From contig CAYXBJ010000092.1 in assembly GCA_964463175.1 (NCBI GenBank), positions 70,931 to 134,930 on the forward strand: a stretch of 64,000 nucleotides of DNA, written 5' to 3'. The notes under the pieces are model-generated. The model searched no databases. It saw only the letters and a program-made list of their open reading frames with translations, and had not been told where the DNA came from. A program made the position numbers and the translations under genes. This stretch comes from an uncultured bacterium. GTDB taxonomy: Bacteria > Methylomirabilota > Methylomirabilia > Rokubacteriales > DASRDR01. Position 1 is the first letter of the stretch; the number at the start of each line of letters is the position of its first letter. Positions 9,967 through 19,443 of this stretch are shown here, one piece after another.

Positions 9967-10251
9967 GTGACCGGCAAGGTCATCCCCTTCCCGTCCCGCG
10001 CGCCCGAGCCCGAGGACGACAGCGGGTTCGAGGAGCTGACCCGCGTGCGCGGCCAGGCGGAGGCCCTCGTTGTCCGCGGTCTTCTCGAAGCCCACGGCAT
10101 CGAGGTGATCCTGCGCACGCACGTCGCGCCCTCCGTCCATCCGTTCTCCGTCGGCGATCAGGGGGCGGTCCAGGTCCTCGTTCGTCGGGAGGCGCTGGCG
10201 CAGAGCCGCCGGCTCCTGGCCGGCGCCACGCCCGGCCCGGCGGGCTTCTAG
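9967..10251 (+). CDS. DUF2007-like small protein (putative signal-transducing domain)
   Basis: GTG start. About 94 aa with a hydrophobic periodicity of the type L..V...EA..V..LLE..GI...L; part of track ORF 9652..10251. Confidence 0.4.
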   Translation: MTGKVIPFPSRAPEPEDDSGFEELTRVRGQAEALVVRGLLEAHGIEVILRTHVAPSVHPFSVGDQGAVQVLVRREALAQSRRLLAGATPGPAGF

Positions 10252-10281
10252 CGGGCCGCGGGCCGCCACCGAGGGGAGCGC

Positions 10282-10905
10282 GTGAATCGCGAGGGCTGCA
10301 CGCCGGCTACGCGGGACGCCACATCTCGCGGGGCCGGAACTCACCTGACTCGATTGCGCCACGGCCCCGCTCGCTTCGCGCGGACCGTCGCCGCCATCGC
10401 GTCGGCGGCATGGGCCCTCTCCGGCCCCGCGGCCCTGGCCGATGACGACGCGGACCGGAAGATCGCCGAGTCTGCGCTACACGAAGCCCGTGCCGTGCTC
10501 GACCAGGAGCTGTTGGGGCACTACGACCTCGTCCGGCTAACTGTCGAGCACGGCGAGGAGCTGCCGGAGCGGCGTGCCCTCGGCCACGACTACGGGCTCG
10601 CGAGAGTCACGCTCGCCTTCTCGGCCCGCAGAAATGCCACGAGACACCCGGGGCTGAATCCGCGCCTGTTCGAGCCGGGCAGCGCGATGTGTCAGGGGTG
10701 GCTGTACTTGCACTGCGGGGTGCCGGTCGGGCACGTGTTCGACGGCCGGATGGAGCTCGTGCTGGCTCTCGACGGGCAGGGGGCCTGGCGCGCGGTGTCG
10801 CCGCACTGGCGCTCGAGACGACAGTACCCGCTGGACGGGTACCTGCTCCTGGACGGACGCGAGCCGGACGGCTACGTGCGGTTTCCCCAGCAGCCGGCGC
10901 CCTGA
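10282..10905 (+). CDS. hypothetical secreted protein
   Basis: 207 aa. Signal-peptide-like region TVAAIASAAWALSGPAALA. No recognised domain. Confidence 0.45.
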   Translation: MNREGCTPATRDATSRGAGTHLTRLRHGPARFARTVAAIASAAWALSGPAALADDDADRKIAESALHEARAVLDQELLGHYDLVRLTVEHGEELPERRALGHDYGLARVTLAFSARRNATRHPGLNPRLFEPGSAMCQGWLYLHCGVPVGHVFDGRMELVLALDGQGAWRAVSPHWRSRRQYPLDGYLLLDGREPDGYVRFPQQPAP

Positions 10906-10945
10906 GCGGCGCGCCCGCCGGTGGCGGCCACGGCCGCCGAGCGCG

Positions 10946-11848
10946 CTAGCGGCCCGGCACGGCGTCGAGCGTCCGCACCAGCACCTCGAGCGCTGTCTCC
11001 ACTGCAGCCAGCGCCGCCGGCTCGAGGGTCTCGGGCGCGTCGCCCGTCGTGTGGTAGGTCGTGAAGGGCGGCGGCCGGCGCGCGGGCGGCACGAGGATGC
11101 CGCGCACGCCGCCGTAGATGAAGGCGCGTAACGGCTCCATCGACGCTCGCGGGATCGCGGTCAGCCCCACGCCCGGGATGCCGCGGTCGGCGAACGGCCG
11201 GTGATCGCTCCCGAAGAAGGGCACCGGCTCGGCGAGGTGATACGTCTCGTCCCGCCGATAGCCGAGGGCCTCCATCGTCGCGACCCAGGCCCGGACGAGC
11301 GGCGTGGCCTCGAGGGCCGGCGTCACGTCCCACAGGGCGAGGCTGTCGCCGATCCCGCAGAGCTCGAGGCTCACGACGCCGACGAGGGATCGCGCCAGCG
11401 CGGCGGGCTCGTTGCGCCGGACGTAGACGCGCGATCCCAGCATCGCGCGCTCCTCGCCCCCGAAGAATCCGAGCCGCACCCGGAGCCGGCCCGGCGGGCG
11501 GGCCGCGAGCCGCAGGCCGAGCGCCCGCAGAATGCCCACCGAGGCCGCGTTGTCGTTGGCGCCGGGGCTTCCCGGCACGGCGTCGTGGTGCGCGGCGAGG
11601 ACCAGCGTCCGCGGGCCGGGGCCGAGGTCCACGACGAGGTTCACGCCCGCGCCCTCGATGGTCCGGTAGGGCTGGCGCTCGACGGGAAGGCCCGCCGCGC
11701 GGAGCACCGCCTCGGTGAGCCGCCCGCGCTCGCGGTTGGAGCGGCCCGCGAAGAGCTCCGCCAGATCCCGCGGAGTCGGCATCGGCAGCGCGTAGTAGGC
11801 CGCGAGGTCGAGCCCCGGCAGTCGCGGCGGCCCCCGGCGCCGATTCAT
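10946..11848 (-). CDS. M28 family metallopeptidase (aminopeptidase)
   Basis: Internal ATG (MNRRRGPP) of the 453-aa track ORF. Conserved HHDAV, NDNASG and FFGGEE metal-ligand motifs of M28 peptidases. Confidence 0.75.
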   Translation of the reverse strand: MNRRRGPPRLPGLDLAAYYALPMPTPRDLAELFAGRSNRERGRLTEAVLRAAGLPVERQPYRTIEGAGVNLVVDLGPGPRTLVLAAHHDAVPGSPGANDNAASVGILRALGLRLAARPPGRLRVRLGFFGGEERAMLGSRVYVRRNEPAALARSLVGVVSLELCGIGDSLALWDVTPALEATPLVRAWVATMEALGYRRDETYHLAEPVPFFGSDHRPFADRGIPGVGLTAIPRASMEPLRAFIYGGVRGILVPPARRPPPFTTYHTTGDAPETLEPAALAAVETALEVLVRTLDAVPGR

Positions 11849-11928
11849 GAGCCGCGCCGCCGTGACGTTCAGCGCGCCGCCGACGACGCGGCGCAGCTCC
11901 CGCCGCCAGCGTCGCGCGCGCTCCGACG

Positions 11929-12723
11929 TCACGCCGGGGCCGCGGCGAGACTGAACGGCGGCAGGGCGAGCAGACGCGTGGCGTTCGCCGTCGTCGCCGC
12001 CGCCACGGTCTCCGCCGGCACGCCCAGGAGCTCGGCCACGCGCGCGGCCGTCACCGGCAGGTAGGCCGGCTCGTTGCGCTGGCCCCGCCAGGGCTGCGGC
12101 GGGAGGTACGGACAGTCCGTCTCGATCACGAGCCGGTCGAGCGGCAAGACCCGCACGACCTCGGCGAGGCGCCGGGCGCTCGGGTACGTCACCGGGCCGG
12201 CGATCGAGATCAGGAGCCCGAGATCGATCCCACGGCGCGCCACGGCGAGGTCGCCCGAGAAGCAGTGGAGGATCCCGCCGACGGCGTCCACGCCCTCGGC
12301 CGCACACACCTCGAGGAGATCCGCGTGCGCCTCGCGGCAGTGCAGCAGCACGGGCTTCCGGACCGCGCGCGCGAGCTGGAGCTGGGCGACGAGCGCCGCG
12401 CGCTGGGCGGGCCTCGGCGAGTGATCGCGGTAGTAGTCGAGCCCGATCTCACCGATCGCCACGACCCGCGGGGCGCGCGCCAGTGTCGCGATCCGCGCGA
12501 GGGCCGTCGCGTCGGCCGCGCTGGCGTCGTGCGGATGGATCCCCACCGCGGCGTAGATGTCGGGCTCCGCAGCGGCGAGCGCCACCGCGGCCTCCGCGGT
12601 CGGAACGTCCGTCCCGATGTTCAGGAAGCCGGCCACGCCGGCGGCCCGCGCCCGCGCGATGACCGCGGCCCGGTCGGCGTCGAACGCCGGATCGTGGAGA
12701 TGGGCGTGCGTGTCGACGAGCAC
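11929..12723 (-). CDS. tatD: TatD family metal-dependent hydrolase (DNase)
   Basis: C-terminal 265 aa of the 1180-aa artefact ORF: VDTHAHL, GEIGLDY and HCFSG motifs of TatD/YcfH. Probable GTG start at 12723. Confidence 0.85.
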   Translation of the reverse strand: MLVDTHAHLHDPAFDADRAAVIARARAAGVAGFLNIGTDVPTAEAAVALAAAEPDIYAAVGIHPHDASAADATALARIATLARAPRVVAIGEIGLDYYRDHSPRPAQRAALVAQLQLARAVRKPVLLHCREAHADLLEVCAAEGVDAVGGILHCFSGDLAVARRGIDLGLLISIAGPVTYPSARRLAEVVRVLPLDRLVIETDCPYLPPQPWRGQRNEPAYLPVTAARVAELLGVPAETVAAATTANATRLLALPPFSLAAAPA

Positions 12724-12725
12724 CG

Positions 12726-13760
12726 TCAGCCCTCCACCCGGAAGCGCAGGCGGCCGATCAGCTGGCCGGAGGCGGTCATCACGTCCACCGTCCAGCGGCC
12801 GCGAGCGTCGGGCGGGAAGTCGGTCTTCCGCGAGTAGGTGCGGAAGCCGCCGGGCCGGCCGCCGTGCACCGGCGTGGCGAGCTTGACCGTCGAGACGACA
12901 CGCCCCTCGTGCCGCCACCAGTGCTCGACAGCCTGGAGGAGCGGCGCCGGCGCCGCCACCGGCGTGAACGCCGTCAGCCCGCCCCAGGCCTGGAGCTCGT
13001 CCATCGTGACGCGGGCCACCGGCTCGACGGGCTCGAGATCGCTCACCGCGCGGGCGAGCGTCGGCCGCACCAGGCTCACCGGGGCGGGCGGCACCAGCGG
13101 GCGGGCGATCCAGGCCACGCCGACGGCGAGCACGGCGATCGTGCCGGCGCGCCCCGCCGCCGGACCCCAGCGCCCCGCGCGCTCGAAGAAGGTCGGCGTG
13201 AGTCCAAGCGCGCCGAGCGCGGCGCTCCAGAGCACCGCGACGGCCGGCGGCACGCCGACCAGCGGGAGCGCGACGTTCAGTCCGGCGAAGAGCGAGAAGC
13301 CGAAGAAGGCCAGGCCGAGCCACGGCCGCGGATGCACGATCGCCCGGTACCAGGGATCGACCGTGGTCAGGAGCGCGGCCGCGGTGAGGACCCCGAAGAA
13401 GACGACGGTGATGCCGTCGAAGGTCGTGCTCGCGAAGTAGCCGGGGAGCACGAACAACAGGAGCCCGTGGTAGAGGGTCTGGATCGTGTAGTCGCCCGCC
13501 CACACGACCAGATGGCGGCCGCCGGCGAGCAGCGCTTCGCGCGTCTGGCTGAGCACCGCGAAGAGAAGCCAGAGCACGACGACGTAGCCGATGATCCAGC
13601 CGACGTGCGGCACCCCACGCCGGAAGATGAGGAGGGTCACGAGACCCGAGGCCAGCGACGCGAGCGAGATCCCCCAGCGCCGGAGGAACGCCCGCCAGGC
13701 GCCGCCGTCCACGAGCGCGCTCGTCCGCTGCCGGAGAAACGGGTCCGCCGAGCTCGGCAC
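12726..13760 (-). CDS. hypothetical integral membrane protein
   Basis: 344 aa. About 8 TM helices in the N-terminal 230 aa plus a soluble C-terminal domain. Sits between metG and tatD. Confidence 0.55.
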   Translation of the reverse strand: MPSSADPFLRQRTSALVDGGAWRAFLRRWGISLASLASGLVTLLIFRRGVPHVGWIIGYVVVLWLLFAVLSQTREALLAGGRHLVVWAGDYTIQTLYHGLLLFVLPGYFASTTFDGITVVFFGVLTAAALLTTVDPWYRAIVHPRPWLGLAFFGFSLFAGLNVALPLVGVPPAVAVLWSAALGALGLTPTFFERAGRWGPAAGRAGTIAVLAVGVAWIARPLVPPAPVSLVRPTLARAVSDLEPVEPVARVTMDELQAWGGLTAFTPVAAPAPLLQAVEHWWRHEGRVVSTVKLATPVHGGRPGGFRTYSRKTDFPPDARGRWTVDVMTASGQLIGRLRFRVEG

Positions 13761-13778
13761 GGGCGTTCCCGCGGAGGG

Positions 13779-15725
13779 CTAGCGGACCTTCGCGCCGGAC
13801 GGAAGATCCCGGTCGAGGGCGAGGAGCGCGAGCGTCTCGCCGGCCGAGCCGGCGAGCACCATGCCGTTGGAGGTCACGCCCATGAGGGTCGCCGGCTCGA
13901 GGTTCGCCACCACGACGACCTTCCGGCCCACGAGGGTCTCGGGCCCGTAGTGCTCGGCGATCCCCGCGACCAGCGTCCGCGTCTCGTCGCCGAGCCGGAT
14001 GGTGAGCTTCAGCAGCTTCTTCGACTTGGGCACCGGCTCGGCCGCCAGCACCTCGGCGACCCGCAGATCGAGGCGCTTGAACTCGTCGATGGTGATGCGC
14101 GGGACCGCGCTGGCCGGGGGCGCCGCCGGCTCGGGCCCCGTCGCCGGGGCCGGCGCCTTGGTGTCCACGCGCGGGAACAGCCCGGACAGGCGGTCCACCG
14201 CTCCGGGCGCGAGCGCTCCGGCGACGACCGCATGCGCCAACGCCGGCTCCCGCGCATCGTGGATCGCCGCCCGGATCCGCGCCGCCGCGCCCGGGATGAA
14301 CGGCGCCAGCACGATGCCGAGAAAGCGCAGCGCCTCGGCGAGCGTCGCCAGGACCGCCGCGAGGCGCGGGTGCTGCGTCGCGTCCTTGGCGAGGGCCCAC
14401 GGGCGCGTCGCATCGACGTACTGGTTCAGCTCGCCGATGAACTGCCAGATCTCCACGAGGGCGCGCTGGAACGCGAACTCCTGCATCGCGTGCTCGACCG
14501 CCGCCCGGGTCGCCTGGGCGCGCTGGCCGATCGCGCGATCCTGGTCGGCCGGCGCCGGATGGGCTCCCGCGACCTGCGCGCCGAAGTTCACCACCATCGT
14601 CGTGGCGCGCGAGACCAGGTTGCCGAGGTCGTTCGCGAGATCCGCGTTCAGGCGCTCGACGAACGCGTCCTCCGAGAAGTTCGCGTCCTGGCCGAACGGC
14701 ATCTCCCGCAGCACGAAGTAGCGGAACGCGTCGTTGCCGTACTTCCGGGTGAGCGCGAGGGCGTCGACGACGTTGCCAACGCTCTTCGACATCTTGCCGC
14801 CCCCGACCGTCCAGTAGCCGTTCACGCGGAGCCGCGCGAAGCCGGGGAGGCCCGCGTCCCCCGACGGATCGTCCCGCAGCAGCCCGGCCGCCTTCAGCAT
14901 GCAGGGCCAGTAGATCCCGTGGGGCTTCAGGATGTCCTTGCCGATGAGGTGGTGGACGTGCGGCCAGTACCGCTGGAACCGGTCCCCGCCCGCCCCGCCG
15001 AGCGCCGATAGGTAGTTGAGGAGCGCGTCGAACCAGACGTAGGTCACGAACCGGTCGTCGAACGGGAGCGGGATGCCCCACTGGAGCCGACTCTTCGGAC
15101 GGCTGATCGACAGATCCTGGAGGGGCTCGCGCAGGAAGCCGAGCAGCTCGTTCCGGTACCGCTCCGGCTGGACGGCGTCCGGGTGCTCTTCGAGATAGCG
15201 CCGGAGCCAGTCCTGGTACGCCGACATCCGGAAGAAGTAGTTCTCCTCCTCGATGTACACGAGCGGCGTCTGGTGGTCCGGGCACTTCCCGTCGACGATC
15301 TCCTTCTCCGTGTAGAAGCGCTCGCAGCCGAAGCAGTACTGGCCGCCGTACTTGCCGAAGTAGATCTCGCCCTTGTCGAAAAGCGCCTGCAGGATCGCCT
15401 GGACCACGCGCGCGTGGCGCGGCTCCGTCGTGCGAATGAAGTCGTCGGGCCTGATCTCGAGCGCGTCCCACTCGTCGCGGAACGCCTGCGAGTTCCGGTC
15501 GGCGAGGGCCTGGGGGGCGATGCCGGCCTTCGCCGCCGCCTGGGCGATCTTGTCGCCGTGCTCGTCCGTCCCGGTCAGGAAGAAGACGTCGTCGCCCGCG
15601 AGCCGCCGGTAGCGCGCCATCGTGTCGGCCACGATCGTGGTGTAGGCATGGCCGAGGTGGGGCGGCCCGTTGATGTAGTAAATCGGCGTCGTGAGGTAGA
15701 ACACCTCAGGAGAGCGGCTTGACAT
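13779..15725 (-). CDS. metG: methionine--tRNA ligase with C-terminal tRNA-binding (EMAP/Trbp111-like) domain
   Basis: 648 aa. HIGH motif PHLGHAYTT, KMSKS motif, C-terminal OB-fold region. Confidence 0.95.
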   Translation of the reverse strand: MSSRSPEVFYLTTPIYYINGPPHLGHAYTTIVADTMARYRRLAGDDVFFLTGTDEHGDKIAQAAAKAGIAPQALADRNSQAFRDEWDALEIRPDDFIRTTEPRHARVVQAILQALFDKGEIYFGKYGGQYCFGCERFYTEKEIVDGKCPDHQTPLVYIEEENYFFRMSAYQDWLRRYLEEHPDAVQPERYRNELLGFLREPLQDLSISRPKSRLQWGIPLPFDDRFVTYVWFDALLNYLSALGGAGGDRFQRYWPHVHHLIGKDILKPHGIYWPCMLKAAGLLRDDPSGDAGLPGFARLRVNGYWTVGGGKMSKSVGNVVDALALTRKYGNDAFRYFVLREMPFGQDANFSEDAFVERLNADLANDLGNLVSRATTMVVNFGAQVAGAHPAPADQDRAIGQRAQATRAAVEHAMQEFAFQRALVEIWQFIGELNQYVDATRPWALAKDATQHPRLAAVLATLAEALRFLGIVLAPFIPGAAARIRAAIHDAREPALAHAVVAGALAPGAVDRLSGLFPRVDTKAPAPATGPEPAAPPASAVPRITIDEFKRLDLRVAEVLAAEPVPKSKKLLKLTIRLGDETRTLVAGIAEHYGPETLVGRKVVVVANLEPATLMGVTSNGMVLAGSAGETLALLALDRDLPSGAKVR

Positions 15726-16581
15726 GCGGGCGCCCCTCCCACGTGAGCTGGGAGAGCGGGACCTCCGCCTCCGTTCCGTCGGCGAAGCCGACGACCACCG
15801 ATTCCTTGAGCACCTTCACGGCGCGGACGCGCCCCTCCATGCATCCGCCGCCGCCGCAGTCCGCCTGGCAGGCGGAGCCGACGCGGGGGAGCTGCGCCCG
15901 CAGCGCCTCGTACTGCGAGAACTCGTAGAGCAGACAGCACTTGAGCCGCCCGCAGTTGCCGAGGAGCCGGCTGTCGTTGAGCGGCACGTCCTGGCTCTTG
16001 GCCATCTTCACCGAGACCGGCTCGAAGCCGCGGAGATGCGTCGAGCAGCAGAGCTGACGACCGCACGGACCGATGCCGTCCTGGACCTTGGTGACGTCGC
16101 GGGCGCCGACCTGGCGCATCTCGATGCGGGCGCGGAACTCGCGGGCCAGGTCCCGCACGAGCTCGCGGAAGTCGATCCGCGTCTCGGCGGCGAAGAGAAC
16201 GGTCACGCGCCGGCCGTCCCGGGTCATCTCGACGTCCACGACCTTCAGGGGGAGCCCGCGGCCCTGCGCGCGCAGCTGGCAGGTCCGGACGGCGGCCACC
16301 TCTCGCTCGCGGCGACGCCGGTCCTCCGCCACCTCATCCCCGGTCGCCAGCCGCAGCACCCGGGGGTACGCGCGATCGCGACGGAAGGCGGGCACGTCCC
16401 GCGCCGGCCGGCGCACCTGGCCGACCGCGTGGCCGCTTGGCACCTCGACGACGCAATGATCGCCGACGTGGAGGACGAGGTCCTCCACGAGGTAGTCATC
16501 CGCTCGAGCCCCCTCGCGGAGGCGGACGCCGACGAGCCGCGGGGGCACGGCCGACTCGAGCGCGTCCGGAAACTCGTCCAT
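15706..16581 (-). CDS. ricT: PSP1 C-terminal domain protein (YaaT/RicT-like)
   Basis: 291 aa with the Cys-rich PSP1 region (CGRQLCCSTHL...CGRLKCCLLYE). Conserved position downstream of holB. 20-nt overlap with the metG start. Confidence 0.8.
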   Translation of the reverse strand: MDEFPDALESAVPPRLVGVRLREGARADDYLVEDLVLHVGDHCVVEVPSGHAVGQVRRPARDVPAFRRDRAYPRVLRLATGDEVAEDRRRREREVAAVRTCQLRAQGRGLPLKVVDVEMTRDGRRVTVLFAAETRIDFRELVRDLAREFRARIEMRQVGARDVTKVQDGIGPCGRQLCCSTHLRGFEPVSVKMAKSQDVPLNDSRLLGNCGRLKCCLLYEFSQYEALRAQLPRVGSACQADCGGGGCMEGRVRAVKVLKESVVVGFADGTEAEVPLSQLTWEGRPHVKPLS

Positions 16582-16593
16582 CGCTCGACCGTC

Positions 16594-17607
16594 CTACGCC
16601 GCCCTGCCGAGGCCCCCGCCGAGGCCGAGGAGCGCGGTCTCGAGCGCGAGCCGGGGATTGACGTTCCCCTCGAGCGCGACCCACGCCGCCTTCACGCGGG
16701 AAAGCGCGGCCACAAGGGCGGGCGCCGGCATCCGCGCGGCCAGCGCCCGCAGCGCGGGTTCCTGGTCAGCGTGAACGAGCAGCGTCGGAGCGCCGCCCGC
16801 CGCCAGGCAGAGCGCGTCCCGGTACCACGACCAGTAGAGCTCGAGGTACGCCGCGACGGTCGCCCGGTCGGTCGGCGTCCCGTCGAGCGCGCTGCCGATC
16901 CGCGCCAGCGGCACGGCGGTCAGCGCGAGGGCGGCTTCCCGGCGGCTCCGCAGCGCGTCGAGATCCGACGCGAGAGCCAGCCCCGGCCGGCCCTCCGTCA
17001 GGCGCGCGAGCAGTCCACTCGCCTCCGGCGCGACGCCGCGGCCTTCCAGCAGCCGAGCGGCACTGGCGTCATCGAGCGGCCGGAACCGGACGCGCTGGCA
17101 CCGCGAGAGCACCGTCGGCGGGAGCGCCCGCGGATTCGCCAGGATCAGCACCAGGTGAGTCCGCCCGGGGGGCTCCTCGAGCGTCTTGAGGAGCGCTTGC
17201 GCCGTGGGCAGCGTCATGCGCTCGGTCTCGTCGAGGATGAACATCTTGCGGCTGCCCTCGAGGGGGGCCAGCGCCGCCGCCCGCTCGAGCTCGCGCACCT
17301 GCTCGATCCGGATCGCCAGCGCCCCCTTCGGATTCTCCTTCGGCGGAATCGGCACGATCACCCGGCAGTCCGGATGCTGGCCGGCCGCGACGCGCCGGCA
17401 GACCCCGCACGCGCCGCATCCGCGGGTCGGGCAGAGGAGCGCCTGGGCGAACGCGATGGCCGTGAGCCGGCGGCCGACGCCGGCGGGCCCGACGAAGGCG
17501 TACGCGTGCGCGGGCCGGTCGAGCGCGATGGCGCGCTGGAGCAGCGCGACCGCCGCCGACTGGCCGACGATGCCGGCCCAGGCCCCGGGCGCGTCCGGGC
17601 GCGTCAT
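16594..17607 (-). CDS. holB: DNA polymerase III subunit delta-prime
   Basis: Internal ATG (MTRPDAPGAW) of the 396-aa track ORF. AAA+ clamp-loader P-loop-like GPAGVGRR and a zinc module CPTRGCGACGVC. ATG overlaps the tmk stop (TGATGA). Confidence 0.8.
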   Translation of the reverse strand: MTRPDAPGAWAGIVGQSAAVALLQRAIALDRPAHAYAFVGPAGVGRRLTAIAFAQALLCPTRGCGACGVCRRVAAGQHPDCRVIVPIPPKENPKGALAIRIEQVRELERAAALAPLEGSRKMFILDETERMTLPTAQALLKTLEEPPGRTHLVLILANPRALPPTVLSRCQRVRFRPLDDASAARLLEGRGVAPEASGLLARLTEGRPGLALASDLDALRSRREAALALTAVPLARIGSALDGTPTDRATVAAYLELYWSWYRDALCLAAGGAPTLLVHADQEPALRALAARMPAPALVAALSRVKAAWVALEGNVNPRLALETALLGLGGGLGRAA

Positions 17608-18266
17608 CACGCGGCGAGCCCGAGCCGCTGGCCGACCACCCGCGCGATCTCGGCGGCGACGACCGCCGGCGCGCGGTCCGCGTCGATCAGGGTGACGCGC
17701 TCGGGCTCGCGATCGCGGATCGCCCAGTAGCCCTTCCGGACGCGCTCGTGGAACTCGAGCGCCAGCCGCTCGAACGGATCGCACGCCGCAAGCGCGCCGC
17801 GGCGGGCGCGCGCGCGGCGCAGCCCCTCGGCGACGTCGAGGTCCAGCACGAGCGTCAGATCGGGCAGGATCCCGTCGGTGGCGAGGCGGTTCAGCTGGGC
17901 GATCGTCTCGAGCGCGATGCCGCGCCCGGAGCCCTGATACGCGACCGTCGAGTCCACGTAGCGGTCACAGAGCACGACCTGACCCGCGGCGAGCGCCGGC
18001 CGGATGACCCGCTGGACGTGCTCGGCGCGGCTGGCGACGAACAGGAGCGCTTCGGTCAGGGGCGTCACCCGGTCGACCTCGCCGAGGACCCGGCGAAGAC
18101 TCGCCCCGAGCGGCGTCCCGTCGGGCTCGGCCGTCGCGACGACGGACACTCCCCGCGTCACGAGCCAGGCCCGCAGGGTTTCCACCTGGGTGGACTTGCC
18201 TGCCCCCTCGACGCCCTCCACCGTGATCAGGCGACCCCGGGGGCCGTCGAGACGCGCGGCCGCCAT
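17607..18266 (-). CDS. tmk: thymidylate kinase
   Basis: 219 aa. P-loop VEGVEGAGKST and the DRY motif (CDRYVDSTVAYQG). Confidence 0.9.
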   Translation of the reverse strand: MAAARLDGPRGRLITVEGVEGAGKSTQVETLRAWLVTRGVSVVATAEPDGTPLGASLRRVLGEVDRVTPLTEALLFVASRAEHVQRVIRPALAAGQVVLCDRYVDSTVAYQGSGRGIALETIAQLNRLATDGILPDLTLVLDLDVAEGLRRARARRGALAACDPFERLALEFHERVRKGYWAIRDREPERVTLIDADRAPAVVAAEIARVVGQRLGLAA

Positions 18267-18300
18267 GGTGTCGTCACGCTATCACACGCGGACCGGGGCG

Positions 18301-19443
18301 TCACCCGCGCGCGGGAGGTGCCCCCAGGATCGGAAACACCAGCCGCTCGAGCTGCGCCACCTGGCGCTCGGCGAACTCGCGCGCCGGGCGCGTCGCCTCG
18401 AGCGGCAGGACGACCGCCTCGTCCCACAGGGTCCGCCGCCCCCGGAGATACGGCGCGGCGTCGACGACGAAGGCCGGGGGGAGCTCGGCAGGAAGCGTCA
18501 CCCCGTTCATGAGCGCCCAGGCCGCCGTCCACGCCCGGGCGACGTTGGACAGGTCGTAGCCCCCGCCACCGAGCGCGACGACCCGCGGGGCGAGCGCGAG
18601 GATCCGCCGCACCGCCTCCGCGAACCCGTTCACCGAGAGCGCGAGATGCGTCAAGGGATCCGTCCGGTGGCTGTCGATGCCGAGCTGGGCGACGACGACG
18701 TCCGCGCCGAAGGCGCGGAGCACCGGGGGAACGACCGCGTCGAACGCGTCGAGGTACACCGCATCGTCGGTGTAGGGATTGAGCGGCAGGTTCACCGCGT
18801 AGCCGCGGCCCGCGCCTTCGCCGATCTCCTCGACCGCGCCGGTCCCCGGGAAGAGCCGGTCGCCGCGCTCGTGCGTGGAGATCGTGAGCACGTCGGCGCT
18901 CCGATAGAACGCCGCCTGCACGCCGTCCCCGTGATGGGCGTCGATGTCGACATAGGCGACGCGGAGCCCGTGGTGCCGGAGCGTCAGGATCGCGAGGACC
19001 GCATCGTTCAGGTAGCAGAACCCCGACGCCCGGTCCGGCATCGCATGGTGGAGGCCCCCGGCGAAGTTGAACGCCCGCGCCGCGTCGCCCCGCGCCACCA
19101 GCTCCGCGGCGAGGATCGAGCCCCCGCAGGCGAGCGCCGAGGCCTCGTAGACCCCGGGCCAGATCGGGTTGTCGCCGGGACCGAGCCCGTAGCGGTACGC
19201 GTGGGGCACGGGCGCGCCGGCGCCGGCGGCGCGGAGGACGTCGAGGTAGTCCTCGGCGTGGAACTCCCGGATCGCCGCGTCGGACGCCGGCGCCGGCGTG
19301 AGCACCTGGGCATCGGGCAGGCGCGTGAGCCCGTAGCCATCCATGAGGGCGAACGTGAGCCCGAGCCGCTCCATGCGGAGCGGGTGCTCTGGCCCGTAGT
19401 CGAACCGCTTGTAGGCGTCCGAGTGAATCAGGGCCGTCTTCAT
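18301..19443 (-). CDS. histone deacetylase family protein (AcuC/acetoin utilisation-type)
   Basis: 380 aa. HDAC catalytic motifs GGLHHA, DIDAHHGDG and GGGGY. Confidence 0.8.
   Translation of the reverse strand: MKTALIHSDAYKRFDYGPEHPLRMERLGLTFALMDGYGLTRLPDAQVLTPAPASDAAIREFHAEDYLDVLRAAGAGAPVPHAYRYGLGPGDNPIWPGVYEASALACGGSILAAELVARGDAARAFNFAGGLHHAMPDRASGFCYLNDAVLAILTLRHHGLRVAYVDIDAHHGDGVQAAFYRSADVLTISTHERGDRLFPGTGAVEEIGEGAGRGYAVNLPLNPYTDDAVYLDAFDAVVPPVLRAFGADVVVAQLGIDSHRTDPLTHLALSVNGFAEAVRRILALAPRVVALGGGGYDLSNVARAWTAAWALMNGVTLPAELPPAFVVDAAPYLRGRRTLWDEAVVLPLEATRPAREFAERQVAQLERLVFPILGAPPARG

Noticed and set aside
11929-15471. 1180-aa minus-strand ORF suggesting one giant gene across tatD, a membrane protein and metG
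   Set aside because: Only the last 265 aa (TatD) are protein-like. The rest is a wrong-frame read-through of metG and the membrane-protein gene. These are better explained as three separate genes in other frames.
15724-17730. 668-aa plus-strand ORF antisense to PSP1 and holB
   Set aside because: Low-complexity Arg/Ala/Glu-rich translation with no domain signature. It overlaps confident minus-strand genes.
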